Assembly (NCBI GenBank): GCA_964252075.1
Contig: CAXULY010000002.1
Location: 64,001 to 128,000 of the forward strand
Length of the DNA stretch: 64,000 bases
Direction: 5' to 3'
Origin: an uncultured Deinococcaceae bacterium
Lineage (GTDB): Bacteria; Deinococcota; Deinococci; Deinococcales; Deinococcaceae
Part shown: piece after piece, positions 30,253 through 39,710 of the stretch
How positions within the stretch are numbered: the stretch's first letter is position 1
Layout of the letters: each line of letters begins with the position of its first letter
Made by a program: the position numbers and the translations under genes
Notes under the pieces: generated by a model
What the model was told of the DNA's origin: nothing
Seen by the model: the letters and a program-made list of their open reading frames with translations, nothing else
Databases searched by the model: none

Positions 30253-32184
30253 ATGCGGCGCATCAACCCACCACTCACTCCTGGGACGGTCGACGCGCCC
30301 CCATTCACCCAGGAGCAGGAGCTGGCGCGGCTGCGGGCGCTGGAGCGTTACGCCATCCTCGACACGCTGCCCGAGGAGGCCTTCGATCGCCTCGCGACGC
30401 TGGCCGCCCGCCTGTTCACCGCCCCCATGGCGTTGATCAGCCTGGTGGATCAGGACCGCCAGTGGTTCAAGGCGTGCATGGGCATGGATCTGCGTGAGAC
30501 CGACCGTTCCCTGAGCTTCTGCGCGCACGCCCTGCACAGCCCGGAGGTGCTCGTCATTCCGGACGCCCTGCAGGACCCGCGCTTCGCGCAGAACGCGCTG
30601 GTGACCGGACACCCGAACATCCGCTTCTACGCAGGCGCCCCCCTGCGCACCCCTGACGGCTTCACGCTCGGCACGCTGTGCGTCCTGAGTGACGTGCCGC
30701 GCGAGGGCATCAGCGACCTGGAGCGGTGCACCCTGCAGGACCTCGCGGCGATGGTGATGGATGAACTTGAGCTGCGCGTGGCGAAAGCGCACCTGGCGCA
30801 GCAGGCGCGGGCCGACGAGACCCTCGTCCGCATGCTGCAGGACGCGAACCGCGTGAGTGACGTGCTGCTCGGCATTCACAGCACCATGAACCTGGAGCTC
30901 AACCCGGTGGACATCATGCGGCACGCCGTGACGCTGCTCGCGCAGGCGGCGGACGCGGACTGGTGCGGCCTCCTTGAGGTGCGGGGCGATGAGGCGCGCC
31001 CCGTCAGCGTGTGGCTCCGACCGACCCTGAATGTTGAGGTCGCGGGCCACCCCCCTTCGTTGCGGCGCGACGGCGGGTTGCTGTGGCGCGCCTTGGACCG
31101 CCAGCGCCCGCTGTTCCTGGAGGACGGGGTGGGGGCGCCGGGCGCCCTGCCACAGTTGCACCGGCTGGGCCTGCGCAGCGGCGCGTGCCTTCCCCTGGGC
31201 GCGTTTGACGGGGCGCAGTACGTCCTGGCCGTCGCGCGAACGCACTCGGGCACGTGGCGGGAACGCGACCGCGCCCTGCTGGAGACCGGCGCGGGCAGCG
31301 TGGAGCTGGCCCTGAGCCGCCGTGAGCTGGTGCGACGGCGCGAGGTGGAGGCACTCACCGACGCCCTCACGGGCCTCGGGAACCGGCGCGCGCTGGACCT
31401 CGCGCTGGCGGACGACCAGCAGTGCGCGGTGCTGGTGGCGGTGAACCTCGCGGGTTTCGGGGAGATCAACCACAGCCTCGGGCACACCCACGGGGACACG
31501 CTGCTGCGGCTCTTCTCCAGCGTCCTGCTGGCGGGCCTCCCGGTGGGCGCGCGCGCGTTCCGCTGTGGTGGCGTGGGCTTCGTGCTGCTACACACGGGCG
31601 CGGCGAGCCCCGCCGCGCTCCTCGCGCTGGTGGAGGGCGCGCTCGCGGCGGTGCGTGCGGTGGAGCGGCACGACCTGAACGTGGCGGTCGGGTGCGCGTC
31701 CTTCCCGGCAGAGGCGAACAGCGTGGCGGACGCGTGGCGCCTCGCGGACGCCCGGATGTCCACGCATCAGCGCCCGCACCATCCTGCGCGGCCCGCACCC
31801 GCGCCGCGACCCTACGGGCGGCCCACCCTGGAGCGCCAGGGCAAGGCGGTGTCCTTCGAGGACCTCACGGTGAGTGTCTCGCGCGGCCTGATGCAGGTTG
31901 GTGAGGGCGTCGGGCGGTTGAAGCCGACGGAGGTGGCGCTGCTGGCGGCGCTCGCGGCGCAGCCGGAACAGCCACGGTCGCGCGTGGAGTTGTCCCAGCT
32001 GGTGTGGGGGCGAACCGAGGATGTGGGGAACACGCTGGATGTGCACGTGCATCACCTGCGCGTGAAACTGGCGCGGCTGACGTCCCGCATCGTGATCCGC
32101 AGTCAACGCGGCGCGGGGTACGCCCTCCAGCGCGCGCACAACCCGGCAGCGCAAGCGGACGGCGCGGGCGACAACATTCACTGA
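30253..32184 (+). CDS. GAF-GAF-degenerate GGDEF-OmpR-type wHTH signalling protein
   Basis: ELARLRALERYAILDT and IRFYAGAPL (GAF); TDALTGLGNRR, GHTHGD, RCGGVGF (GGDEF-like); LKPTEVALL..NTLDVHVHHLRVKL..RGAGY (Trans_reg_C). Confidence 0.85.
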   Translation: MRRINPPLTPGTVDAPPFTQEQELARLRALERYAILDTLPEEAFDRLATLAARLFTAPMALISLVDQDRQWFKACMGMDLRETDRSLSFCAHALHSPEVLVIPDALQDPRFAQNALVTGHPNIRFYAGAPLRTPDGFTLGTLCVLSDVPREGISDLERCTLQDLAAMVMDELELRVAKAHLAQQARADETLVRMLQDANRVSDVLLGIHSTMNLELNPVDIMRHAVTLLAQAADADWCGLLEVRGDEARPVSVWLRPTLNVEVAGHPPSLRRDGGLLWRALDRQRPLFLEDGVGAPGALPQLHRLGLRSGACLPLGAFDGAQYVLAVARTHSGTWRERDRALLETGAGSVELALSRRELVRRREVEALTDALTGLGNRRALDLALADDQQCAVLVAVNLAGFGEINHSLGHTHGDTLLRLFSSVLLAGLPVGARAFRCGGVGFVLLHTGAASPAALLALVEGALAAVRAVERHDLNVAVGCASFPAEANSVADAWRLADARMSTHQRPHHPARPAPAPRPYGRPTLERQGKAVSFEDLTVSVSRGLMQVGEGVGRLKPTEVALLAALAAQPEQPRSRVELSQLVWGRTEDVGNTLDVHVHHLRVKLARLTSRIVIRSQRGAGYALQRAHNPAAQADGAGDNIH

Positions 32185-32639
32185 TGCGCCCCGCGGTGCG
32201 CTGAATGGACAGGTTTACGGGAACGGTGCCGCACCTGCACCGTGGGCGCTCACTGGCCAAGACGCGGCGCGGCCCATTACCGGTCACAAGGGCGCGGATG
32301 CTCCAGGCACGCAGCGCCACACGACCCATCGGACATAGCCCTGGGCAGTTGCACACAGCGCTGCAACCTGACGGATATCTAGCGTTTGAGAGCTGCCACC
32401 CGCGGGAACGGGCATGGGAGTGCTGGCGGCACGCTGGCGCGCGTGCGGTTCACGGCGCACAACCCGTTCGGGGAGATGAGCGAGAACCTGATGGCGGTGC
32501 GGGTGTTCGGGAACTGGCGGTATGGAGCGGTGACGCTGCCCAGCCAGGCACTGGTGTTCGTCGCGTGGAGGCCCTGCCGTTGGGGCGTCACCCACTCAGC
32601 GGCATGGAGCGCGGAGGTCGCTCGCCTCCGCCCGTGTGG

Positions 32640-33962
32640 TCATGAGCTGGTGGGGAGGCGTGTGCTCGCGAGCCACGTGAGGAGGGACGCAAGCAGCACC
32701 ACCGCGAACGCCAGCGCGAAGGCCAGGGGGAGCGGCGCGACGCGCGCGACGAGTGAGCCCGTGAGGCCCGCCGCGACCGCGTTCATCAGCACCTCGATGT
32801 TCGCAAGCTGCCCGGACAGGCGGCCCGACGCGTCCCGCGCGCTGCTCGCCATCGCGAGCAGGCTGTTGCTGTTGTACCCGACGCCCATGCCGACGCAGCA
32901 CACCAGCCACCCGGCGTACGCGAACCCCACGGGCCACACCCCCAGCACGGGGAGCGCGGTGGCGATCAGGCCGAGCGTCACCGCGAGCATGCCGCCCCGC
33001 ACGCGCCACGCGCGGGAGGACACGCCGTAGCGCTCCTCCAGGCGGGACTGCAGGAGTGACCCGAGGGTCCAGGACACGCCGCCGACGCTCACCAGCAGCC
33101 CTCCCTGCGTGAGGTTCAGGGCGTGCAGTTCGCGCATGGCGAGCGGCAGGAACGATGCGGTGCCCAGCACCGCGAACGCCGCGAGGCCGCGCAGCATCAG
33201 GGCGGCGGGGAGGCCGCGCGCGATGCGCCACAGCCCGCGCGGGAACAACGCGCGCGTGGCGAGCACCACCCCAAACGCCCCGCCAAGCGCAAGCGCCCAC
33301 GCGGCGGCGCCCGGTTCCCGGAAGGCCTCGATGAGCGCCCCGGCGGACACGGTGAGCAGCAGCGCCGGTCCCAGCTGGGGTGCCGCGCTGGGCACGCTGG
33401 GGGGCGGGCGCTGGCGGAGCGGCGCGACGCACAGCGGCGCGAACAGCGCGAGGAGGGGCAGGAGCCCCCAGAACACCGCGCGCCACGACCACGTCTGCGC
33501 GACGAGGCTGGCGATGAGCGGGCCGATCAGGGCGGGCAGCAGCCAGGCGCTCGACACGAGGGCCAGCATGCGGGCGCGCAGCGCCTCGGGGTAGTGCGTG
33601 GTGATGACCGCGAACGGGAGCGCGCCGAGGCCGCCCGCGCCGAGGCCCTGGAGGAAGCGGCCCATCACGAAGACCGGCATGCTGGGCGCGAACGCCACCA
33701 CCAGCAGGCCCGCCGCGAAGACGCACAGACTGGCGGTGGCGGAGGGGGCGGGACCGCGGCGGTCGGAGAGCGCGCCCGCACTGACCGCGCCGAACAGGCT
33801 GCCGAGCAGGAAGGCGCTGGAGGCCCAGCCGTACAGGTTCAGGCCGTGCAGGTCCTCGGTGACGCGCGGGAGGACGGTGGACACGGCGTTCGATTCGAAC
33901 GCGACGATCACGATGACCAGCAGCAGGCCGACCGTGAGCGTCCGGTGGGTGGGAGCGAACAC
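32640..33962 (-). CDS. MFS transporter
   Basis: GALSDRRGP, GRFLQGLGAG, WLLPALIGP; TAGAGT-N6-GTG leaderless start. Confidence 0.88.
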   Translation of the reverse strand: MFAPTHRTLTVGLLLVIVIVAFESNAVSTVLPRVTEDLHGLNLYGWASSAFLLGSLFGAVSAGALSDRRGPAPSATASLCVFAAGLLVVAFAPSMPVFVMGRFLQGLGAGGLGALPFAVITTHYPEALRARMLALVSSAWLLPALIGPLIASLVAQTWSWRAVFWGLLPLLALFAPLCVAPLRQRPPPSVPSAAPQLGPALLLTVSAGALIEAFREPGAAAWALALGGAFGVVLATRALFPRGLWRIARGLPAALMLRGLAAFAVLGTASFLPLAMRELHALNLTQGGLLVSVGGVSWTLGSLLQSRLEERYGVSSRAWRVRGGMLAVTLGLIATALPVLGVWPVGFAYAGWLVCCVGMGVGYNSNSLLAMASSARDASGRLSGQLANIEVLMNAVAAGLTGSLVARVAPLPLAFALAFAVVLLASLLTWLASTRLPTSS

Positions 33963-34028
33963 CGGGTCACTCTAGCGACCGCTTGGGGTTCCTCAGGCGC
34001 TCCATGAAGGCGCGCCCGCTTTGCTGCC

Positions 34029-35192
34029 TCAGTGGCGGGGGGCGGTGAGTCGGCGGGCGGCTTCGTCCAGCACCGCGTCGGATTTGCAGAACGCGAAGCG
34101 CAGGGCGGGGGGCGCGGCGCGGGGCGTGGCGTTGAACACCTGCATGGGGAGCGCGGCGACGCCCGCGTTCAGCAGCAGGTGGCGCGCGGTGTCCGCCTCG
34201 TTGGGCCCGAGGGCGGAGGCGTCCGCCACGAGGAAGTACCCGCCGTCCGCGCGGTGCGGGGGGAGGTGCGCGGCGTGCAGCGCCCCCGCGAGGCGGTCGC
34301 GCCGCGCGCGGAAGGCGGCGCGCGTGGACTCGAAGTACCCGGCGCCCGAGGCGCGCGCGAGGCCTTCCGTGAGCGCGACCTGCAGGGGCGTGGGGGCCGC
34401 GAAGGTCACGAAGCCGTGCCCGCCGCGCAGCGCGGCCGTGATGTCCGGCGGCGCGACGGCCCACCCGAGGCGCCAGCCGGTGACGGAGAAGAGCTTCCCG
34501 GCGGACCCGACGGTGACGGTGCGTTCGCGCATGCCGGGCAGGGACGCGATGGTGGTGTGCACGCCCTCGTACACGAGGTGGTCGTACACCTCGTCGGAGA
34601 GGACGTACAGGTCGTGCGCCACGGCGAGCCGGGCGAGCGCGTCGAGGTCCGCGCGGGTGAAGACGGCGCCTGTGGGGTTGTGCGGGGTGTTGAGGATGAT
34701 CGCCTGCGTGCGCGGGGTGAGGGCGGCGGCGATGGCGGGCACGTCGAGGCGCCAGCCGCCCGCGTCGTCCGGCGCGAGGGGGACGGGCGTGACGGTGCCG
34801 CCCGCGAGTTGCACCTGCGGGATGTACATGTCGTACAGCGGTTCGAGCACGATGACGTCGTCGCCGGGGTTGATAAGGGCCTGGGTGGCGGCGTGCATCG
34901 CTTCGGTCGCGCCGACCGTCACGGTGATCTCGGCGTCCGGGTCGGGGGTGAAGCCGAGGGTGAGCGTGAGGAACGCGGCGAGCGCCTCGCGCAGCGCGGG
35001 GAGTCCGGCGGGCGGCGCGTACTGCTGGGGGCCGTCCGCGGCGGCGCGCAGGGCGCCGAGGATGAAGTCGGGCGGCGGGAAGTCCGGGAAGCCCTGCCCG
35101 AGGTTCACGGCGCCGTGCTGCTGCGCGAGGCGCGTGAGTTCCGCGAAGACGGAGGGGCCGAAGTGCCGGGCGCGCGCCGCGAGGGGCTTCAT
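34029..35192 (-). CDS. PLP class I/II aminotransferase (YbdL/methionine-kynurenine type)
   Basis: [45 protein letters not shown]. Confidence 0.92.
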   Translation of the reverse strand: MKPLAARARHFGPSVFAELTRLAQQHGAVNLGQGFPDFPPPDFILGALRAAADGPQQYAPPAGLPALREALAAFLTLTLGFTPDPDAEITVTVGATEAMHAATQALINPGDDVIVLEPLYDMYIPQVQLAGGTVTPVPLAPDDAGGWRLDVPAIAAALTPRTQAIILNTPHNPTGAVFTRADLDALARLAVAHDLYVLSDEVYDHLVYEGVHTTIASLPGMRERTVTVGSAGKLFSVTGWRLGWAVAPPDITAALRGGHGFVTFAAPTPLQVALTEGLARASGAGYFESTRAAFRARRDRLAGALHAAHLPPHRADGGYFLVADASALGPNEADTARHLLLNAGVAALPMQVFNATPRAAPPALRFAFCKSDAVLDEAARRLTAPRH

Positions 35193-35257
35193 GGGTGGCG
35201 CCTGCTGGGGTGGGTGGAGTGGTGGGGCATGGCGTGGGCCCGCGCGGGGGTACGGGC

Positions 35258-35286
35258 AGCCTAGGGAAAGAGACAAAAGAAGTCAA
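35258..35286 (-). promoter_or_regulatory. Sigma70 promoter of aminotransferase
   Basis: Minus strand TTGACT-N17-TAGGCT. Confidence 0.65.
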
Positions 35287-35375
35287 CAATTGGGTCGTGG
35301 GCGCATGCCGCTCGCGTCTAGACGCCTCCAGGTGGGCGTGAACGCGCCCCAGGGCGCCACGCGGCACGCGGCAAT

Positions 35376-35406
35376 AGTTGACAAGATTTATCAATTGACT
35401 TAAGCT
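35376..35406 (+). promoter_or_regulatory. Sigma70 promoter of ssu operon with overlapping palindrome
   Basis: TTGACA(35378)-N17-TAAGCT(35401); imperfect inverted repeat TTGACAA-GAT-TTATCAA. Confidence 0.7.
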
Positions 35407-35438
35407 CCGGGCAGCCCGCTCGAAGGAGCAGGGCCACA

Positions 35439-35625
35439 CTGATCCAGAGCGGCTGAGGGACTGGCCCCATGACGCCGCAGCAACCGGAGACGAACCGTGA
35501 ACCCTACCCAGCCGCGCCCCCACACCAATTGTCCGGCCTGTTCGGACGCCCGCTGCTGACCCAGGTTCACCACCCACCTCACGGTGCTCAATGCCAGCCC
35601 ACGCGCCCGCCGTGGGACCGATCAG
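35439..35625 (+). ncRNA. SAM-I (S-box) riboswitch with long P3 insertion
   Basis: CTGATCCAGAGCGGCTGAGGGACTGGCCCCATGACGCCGCAGCAACC...CGGTGCTCAATGCC...GATCAG; P1 CTGATC/GATCAG; upstream of a sulfur-scavenging operon. Confidence 0.88.
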
Positions 35626-35836
35626 GGGAGAAGACCACCTCTCCTCTGGAAAGGAGCAGACATGGCCTTCCCCGGCCCCCTCACACGATGTCGCCCCCAC
35701 CGCCCCACCACGGCCCAGCGCTGAACCGCGCCTGACCGCCCCCCTTCACCCGCCCGCGCGGAAAGGGCACATCACCCATGCACCCCACCGGAGGCCCACG
35801 GCCCCCGGACGGCCCCCCATGGCCCGAGGAGTCCCC

Positions 35837-36991
35837 ATGACCACCCCAGACCAGCACCCCAGCCCCGACATCTACTGGTTCATTCCGTCCGGCGGTGACG
35901 GCCGTCAGCTGGGGCAGCCCAGCCGCCCCGCGCACTTCTCGTACCTCAGTTCCGTCGCGCAGGCCGCCGACACCCTCGGCTACGACGGCGTGCTGCTCCC
36001 CACCGGCGGCAACAACGAGGACACCATCGTCGTCGCGAGCGCCCTCACGGCCCTCACGCGGCAACTGCGCTTCCTGGTCGCGCTGCGTCCCGGCCTCATC
36101 ACGCCCGTCCTCGCGGCGCGGCTCACCGCGTCCCTCGACCGCATCAGCAACGGCCGCGTGAACCTGAACATCGTGTCGGGCAGCGGCTCGCAGGACTTCG
36201 AGGGCCTGAACCTCACGCAGGCGCAACGCTACGCCCTCACGGACGAGTGGCTCGCGGTGTTCCGCGCGCTGCTGCGCGGCGAGACCGTCAGTCACGACGG
36301 CCCCTACCTGAACGTGCAGAACGCGCGCTCGCCCCTGCCGAGCGTGCAGCGCCCCTATCCACCCATCTACTTCGGGGGGTCCAGCGACCCGGCGCTCAGC
36401 ATCGCGGGGGAGCACGTGGACGTGTACCTCAGCTGGGGTGAGCGGCCCGGCGAGGTCGCGGAGAAGTTCGGGCAGGTGCGCGCCGCGGCCGCCCGGCACG
36501 GCCGCAGCGTGCGCTTCGGGCTGCGCGCGCACATCATCGTGCGTGAAACCGAGGAGGAAGCCTGGGCCGCCGCCGACGACCTGATCGCGGGCCTCAGCGA
36601 CGACGACATCGCGCGCGCCCAGGCGGCCTTCGGGCAGAGCGGGTCGGTCGGGCAGAGCCGCATGGCGCGCCTGCACGGCGGGAACCGCGACGCGCTGCGC
36701 ATCGGGAAGAACCTGTGGGCGGGCGTGGGCCTCGTGCGCGGCGGCGCGGGCACCGCCTTCGTCGGGAACCCCGAGAACGTCGCGGCGGCGCTGCGCGAGT
36801 ACCAGGCGATCGGGGTGGACACCTTCGTGCTGTCCGGCTACCCGCACCTGGAGGAAGCGTACCGCACGGCGGAACTGCTGTTCCCGCTGCTGGGCAAGAC
36901 CAGCCCCGTCTTCACGCGCCGCCCGGACGAGCCCGCCACACTGACCGCCACGCCCGTGCACGCCCCCATCGGGCGCTTCCAGAGCATCTGA
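35837..36991 (+). CDS. ssuD: FMNH2-dependent alkanesulfonate monooxygenase (LLM class)
   Basis: YWFIPSGGDGR, LLPTG, RFLVALRPG, YFGGSS, NLWAGVGLVRGGAGTA, LSGYPHLEE. Confidence 0.92.
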   Translation: MTTPDQHPSPDIYWFIPSGGDGRQLGQPSRPAHFSYLSSVAQAADTLGYDGVLLPTGGNNEDTIVVASALTALTRQLRFLVALRPGLITPVLAARLTASLDRISNGRVNLNIVSGSGSQDFEGLNLTQAQRYALTDEWLAVFRALLRGETVSHDGPYLNVQNARSPLPSVQRPYPPIYFGGSSDPALSIAGEHVDVYLSWGERPGEVAEKFGQVRAAAARHGRSVRFGLRAHIIVRETEEEAWAAADDLIAGLSDDDIARAQAAFGQSGSVGQSRMARLHGGNRDALRIGKNLWAGVGLVRGGAGTAFVGNPENVAAALREYQAIGVDTFVLSGYPHLEEAYRTAELLFPLLGKTSPVFTRRPDEPATLTATPVHAPIGRFQSI

Positions 36992-37095
36992 ACGGGCCCG
37001 TCAGGGCGCCGTCCGCGATAAACCACCCCACGAGCCCAGGCCCGGCGCACCTTGCGCGCCGGGCGGGAAGCAACACACCCCCACAGGAGCACAGC

Positions 37096-38076
37096 ATGAC
37101 TCACCCCCGAACCAGCCTCCACGCCCTCGCGCTCAGCGCCCTCGCCCTGCTGGGCGGCGCGGGCGCCGTGACCTTCAACATCGGGTACCAGAAGGGTGGC
37201 CTGCCGAACCTCCTGCGCGCCCGCGGCACCCTTGACGCCGCGAAAGCGCAGGGCATCACCTTCACGTGGACGCTGTTCACCGCCGGGCCGCCCCTGCTGG
37301 AAGCCGCGAATGCGGGCGCCGTGGATTTCGGAAGCGTCGGGGACGCGCCCGGCGTGTTCGCGCTGGCGGGCGGCGCGGACCTCAAATACGTCGCGGTGAG
37401 TGAAGGCCGCAGCGACACCAGCGAAGCGATCGTCGTGAGCGGCACCTCCACCCTCCGCAGCGTGCGCGACCTGAGGGGCAAACGCATCGGCGTGGCGCGC
37501 GGCTCCAGCGCGCACTACTTCCTGTACAACGCCCTGAAGGCCGCGGGCCTGAGCTTCAAGGACGTGACGGTCGTGCCGCTCCTCCCGCCCGACGCGCGCC
37601 CCGCCTTCGAGTCCGGCAGCATCGACGCGTGGGCGGTGTGGGACCCGTACCTGACGGTCGCGCTGCAGGGCACGAACGCGCGCGTCCTGCGCGACCACAG
37701 GGGCCTCCCGCGCAGCAGCAGCTACTACCTCGCGTCCAGCCGCGCGCTGCAGGACCCCGAGAAGAAACGCGCGCTGGCGGTGCTGCTCGCCGCGCTGCAG
37801 GACACCGCCAGCTGGGCGAACAAGAACCAGAAGGCCGTCATCCAGCAGTTCAGCAGCGAACTGGGCATCCCGCAGGACGTGCTGGCCGTGACCGTCCCGA
37901 AGAGCCTGCCCTTCAACATCCGCCCGTTCCGCGCGAGCGACACGCGCGCCCTGCAGGGCCTCGCGGACGCCTTTTTGGAGGTGGGCGTGCTGCCGCGCGC
38001 CCCGAAGTTCGGCGCGGGTCAGTACGTCACGCTGCCGGACTTCACGGCGGGCCTCGCCGCGCAGGGCCAGAAGTGA
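37096..38076 (+). CDS. ssuA: Aliphatic sulfonate ABC substrate-binding protein
   Basis: IGYQKG, FTAGPPLLEA, RGSSAHY, IDAWAVWDPY. Confidence 0.9.
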   Translation: MTHPRTSLHALALSALALLGGAGAVTFNIGYQKGGLPNLLRARGTLDAAKAQGITFTWTLFTAGPPLLEAANAGAVDFGSVGDAPGVFALAGGADLKYVAVSEGRSDTSEAIVVSGTSTLRSVRDLRGKRIGVARGSSAHYFLYNALKAAGLSFKDVTVVPLLPPDARPAFESGSIDAWAVWDPYLTVALQGTNARVLRDHRGLPRSSSYYLASSRALQDPEKKRALAVLLAALQDTASWANKNQKAVIQQFSSELGIPQDVLAVTVPKSLPFNIRPFRASDTRALQGLADAFLEVGVLPRAPKFGAGQYVTLPDFTAGLAAQGQK

Positions 38077-38903
38077 CGCGGGAGGCCGTGACGACCGCGG
38101 GAAGCGCGCGCCGGACCGCTCCCCGCGCCGCGCGCGCGCCGCGCACGCCGTCCGGCGGGTGGCTGCGCTGGGTGGTGCCGGTGCTGATCGTGGCGGTGTG
38201 GCAGCTGGCGTCCAGCGTGGGGTGGCTGAACCCGCGCGTGCTGCCCGCCCCCACCGCCGTGCTGGACGCCTTCTGGACCCTCACGGTGAGTGGCGAGCTG
38301 CCGCGCCACTTCGCGATCAGCCTGCAGCGCGCCGGTCTGGGCGTGCTGATCGGCGGGGGTCTGGGCTTCGCGCTGGGCCTCGCGACGGGCACCTCGCGCA
38401 CCCTGCACCTGCTGCTGGACAGCAGCCTCCAGATGATCCGCGCCGTGCCGAACCTCGCGCTGATCCCCCTGGTGATCCTGTGGTTCGGGGTGGGTGAGGC
38501 GGGCAAGGTGTTCCTGATCGCGCTCGCCACCTTGTTCCCCATGTACCTGAACACCCTGCATGGCGTGCGCAGCATCGACCCGCGCCTCACGGAGATGGCG
38601 CGCGCCTACGGCCTGACGCCCGCCGAGACCTTCCGCCGTGTGATCCTGCCGGGCGCACTGCCGTCCGTGCTGGTGGGGTTGCGGTACGCGCTCGGCATCT
38701 CGTGGCTGGCGCTGGTGGTGAGCGAGTCCTTCGGCGCGACGAGCGGCATCGGCTTCCTCGCCATGGACGCCCGGGAGTTCTTCCGCACCGACGTGATCGT
38801 GCTCGCCATCGTCGTGTACGCCCTGATCGGCAAGGCCGCCGACAGCCTCGTGCGCGCCCTGGAGGCGCGCTGGCTGCCGTGGCGCGACGGGGGCCGCGCG
38901 TGA
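38073..38903 (+). CDS. ssuC: Sulfonate ABC permease
   Basis: PNLALIPLVILWFG, YLNTLHG, ILPGALPS; GTGA overlap. Confidence 0.9.
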   Translation: MTREAVTTAGSARRTAPRAARAPRTPSGGWLRWVVPVLIVAVWQLASSVGWLNPRVLPAPTAVLDAFWTLTVSGELPRHFAISLQRAGLGVLIGGGLGFALGLATGTSRTLHLLLDSSLQMIRAVPNLALIPLVILWFGVGEAGKVFLIALATLFPMYLNTLHGVRSIDPRLTEMARAYGLTPAETFRRVILPGALPSVLVGLRYALGISWLALVVSESFGATSGIGFLAMDAREFFRTDVIVLAIVVYALIGKAADSLVRALEARWLPWRDGGRA

Positions 38904-39658
38904 GCGCGCCATCCACGCACGCCGCGCCCAGCCTGGGCGCCCTCGCCGACGGCGGCGCGCGCGTCACGGCGGAAGGCCTGGAAGTCCGGTACGGGGACCG
39001 CGTGGTGCTGGCCGGCCTGGACCTGCACATCCCGGCGGGTGAGCGCCTCGCGGTGGTGGGTGAGAGCGGCGGCGGCAAGACCACCCTGCTGCGCGTCCTG
39101 GCGGGCCTCACGGCGCCCAGCGCGGGGCGCCTGCAGGTCACGCAGGCGCACGCGCCCGTGCGGGTGCGCGTGATGTTCCAGGAGGACCGCCTGCTGCCGT
39201 GGCTCACGGCGCGCGACAATGCCGCGCTCGGCCTGGACCGGGCGGGCCGCGCGCTCGCGGATGTCGCCCTGCGCGGCGTGGGCCTCTCGGAGCGCGCGGG
39301 CGCCCTTCCGCAGGCGCTGTCGGGCGGGCAGCGGCAGCGCGTGGCGCTCGCCCGCGCGCTCGCGCACCGCCCGTCCCTGCTGCTGCTCGACGAGCCCTTC
39401 GGGGCGCTGGACGCCCTCACGCGCGCCGACATGCACGACCTGCTCAACGCCCTGCTGGACGAGACGCGCGCCACGACCGTCCTCGTCACGCACGACATCG
39501 ACGAGGCGCTCAAGCTGGCGGACCGCGTGCTGGTGCTGCGCGCCGGGCACGTCGCGACGGACGTGCGCGTCACGCCGCCCCGCCCCCGCCGCCGCGCGGA
39601 CCTGCTCGCCCTGCGCGAGCAGCTGGAGGCGGAACTGCGCGGGCACACCCCGGCCTGA
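38900..39658 (+). CDS. ssuB: Sulfonate ABC ATP-binding protein
   Basis: GESGGGKT, MFQEDRLLPW, LSGGQRQR, LLLDEPFGALD, VTHD. Confidence 0.9.
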   Translation: MSAPSTHAAPSLGALADGGARVTAEGLEVRYGDRVVLAGLDLHIPAGERLAVVGESGGGKTTLLRVLAGLTAPSAGRLQVTQAHAPVRVRVMFQEDRLLPWLTARDNAALGLDRAGRALADVALRGVGLSERAGALPQALSGGQRQRVALARALAHRPSLLLLDEPFGALDALTRADMHDLLNALLDETRATTVLVTHDIDEALKLADRVLVLRAGHVATDVRVTPPRPRRRADLLALREQLEAELRGHTPA

Positions 39659-39665
39659 GGGCTGC

Positions 39666-39703
39666 CGGTGGGGCCGGGCGGCGCGCGCCGCCCGGCCCCA
39701 CCG
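39666..39703. terminator. Perfect 38-bp palindrome between convergent genes
   Basis: CGGTGGGGCCGGGCGGCGCGCGCCGCCCGGCCCCACCG equals its reverse complement. Confidence 0.7.
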
Positions 39704-39710
39704 CTTTCCC

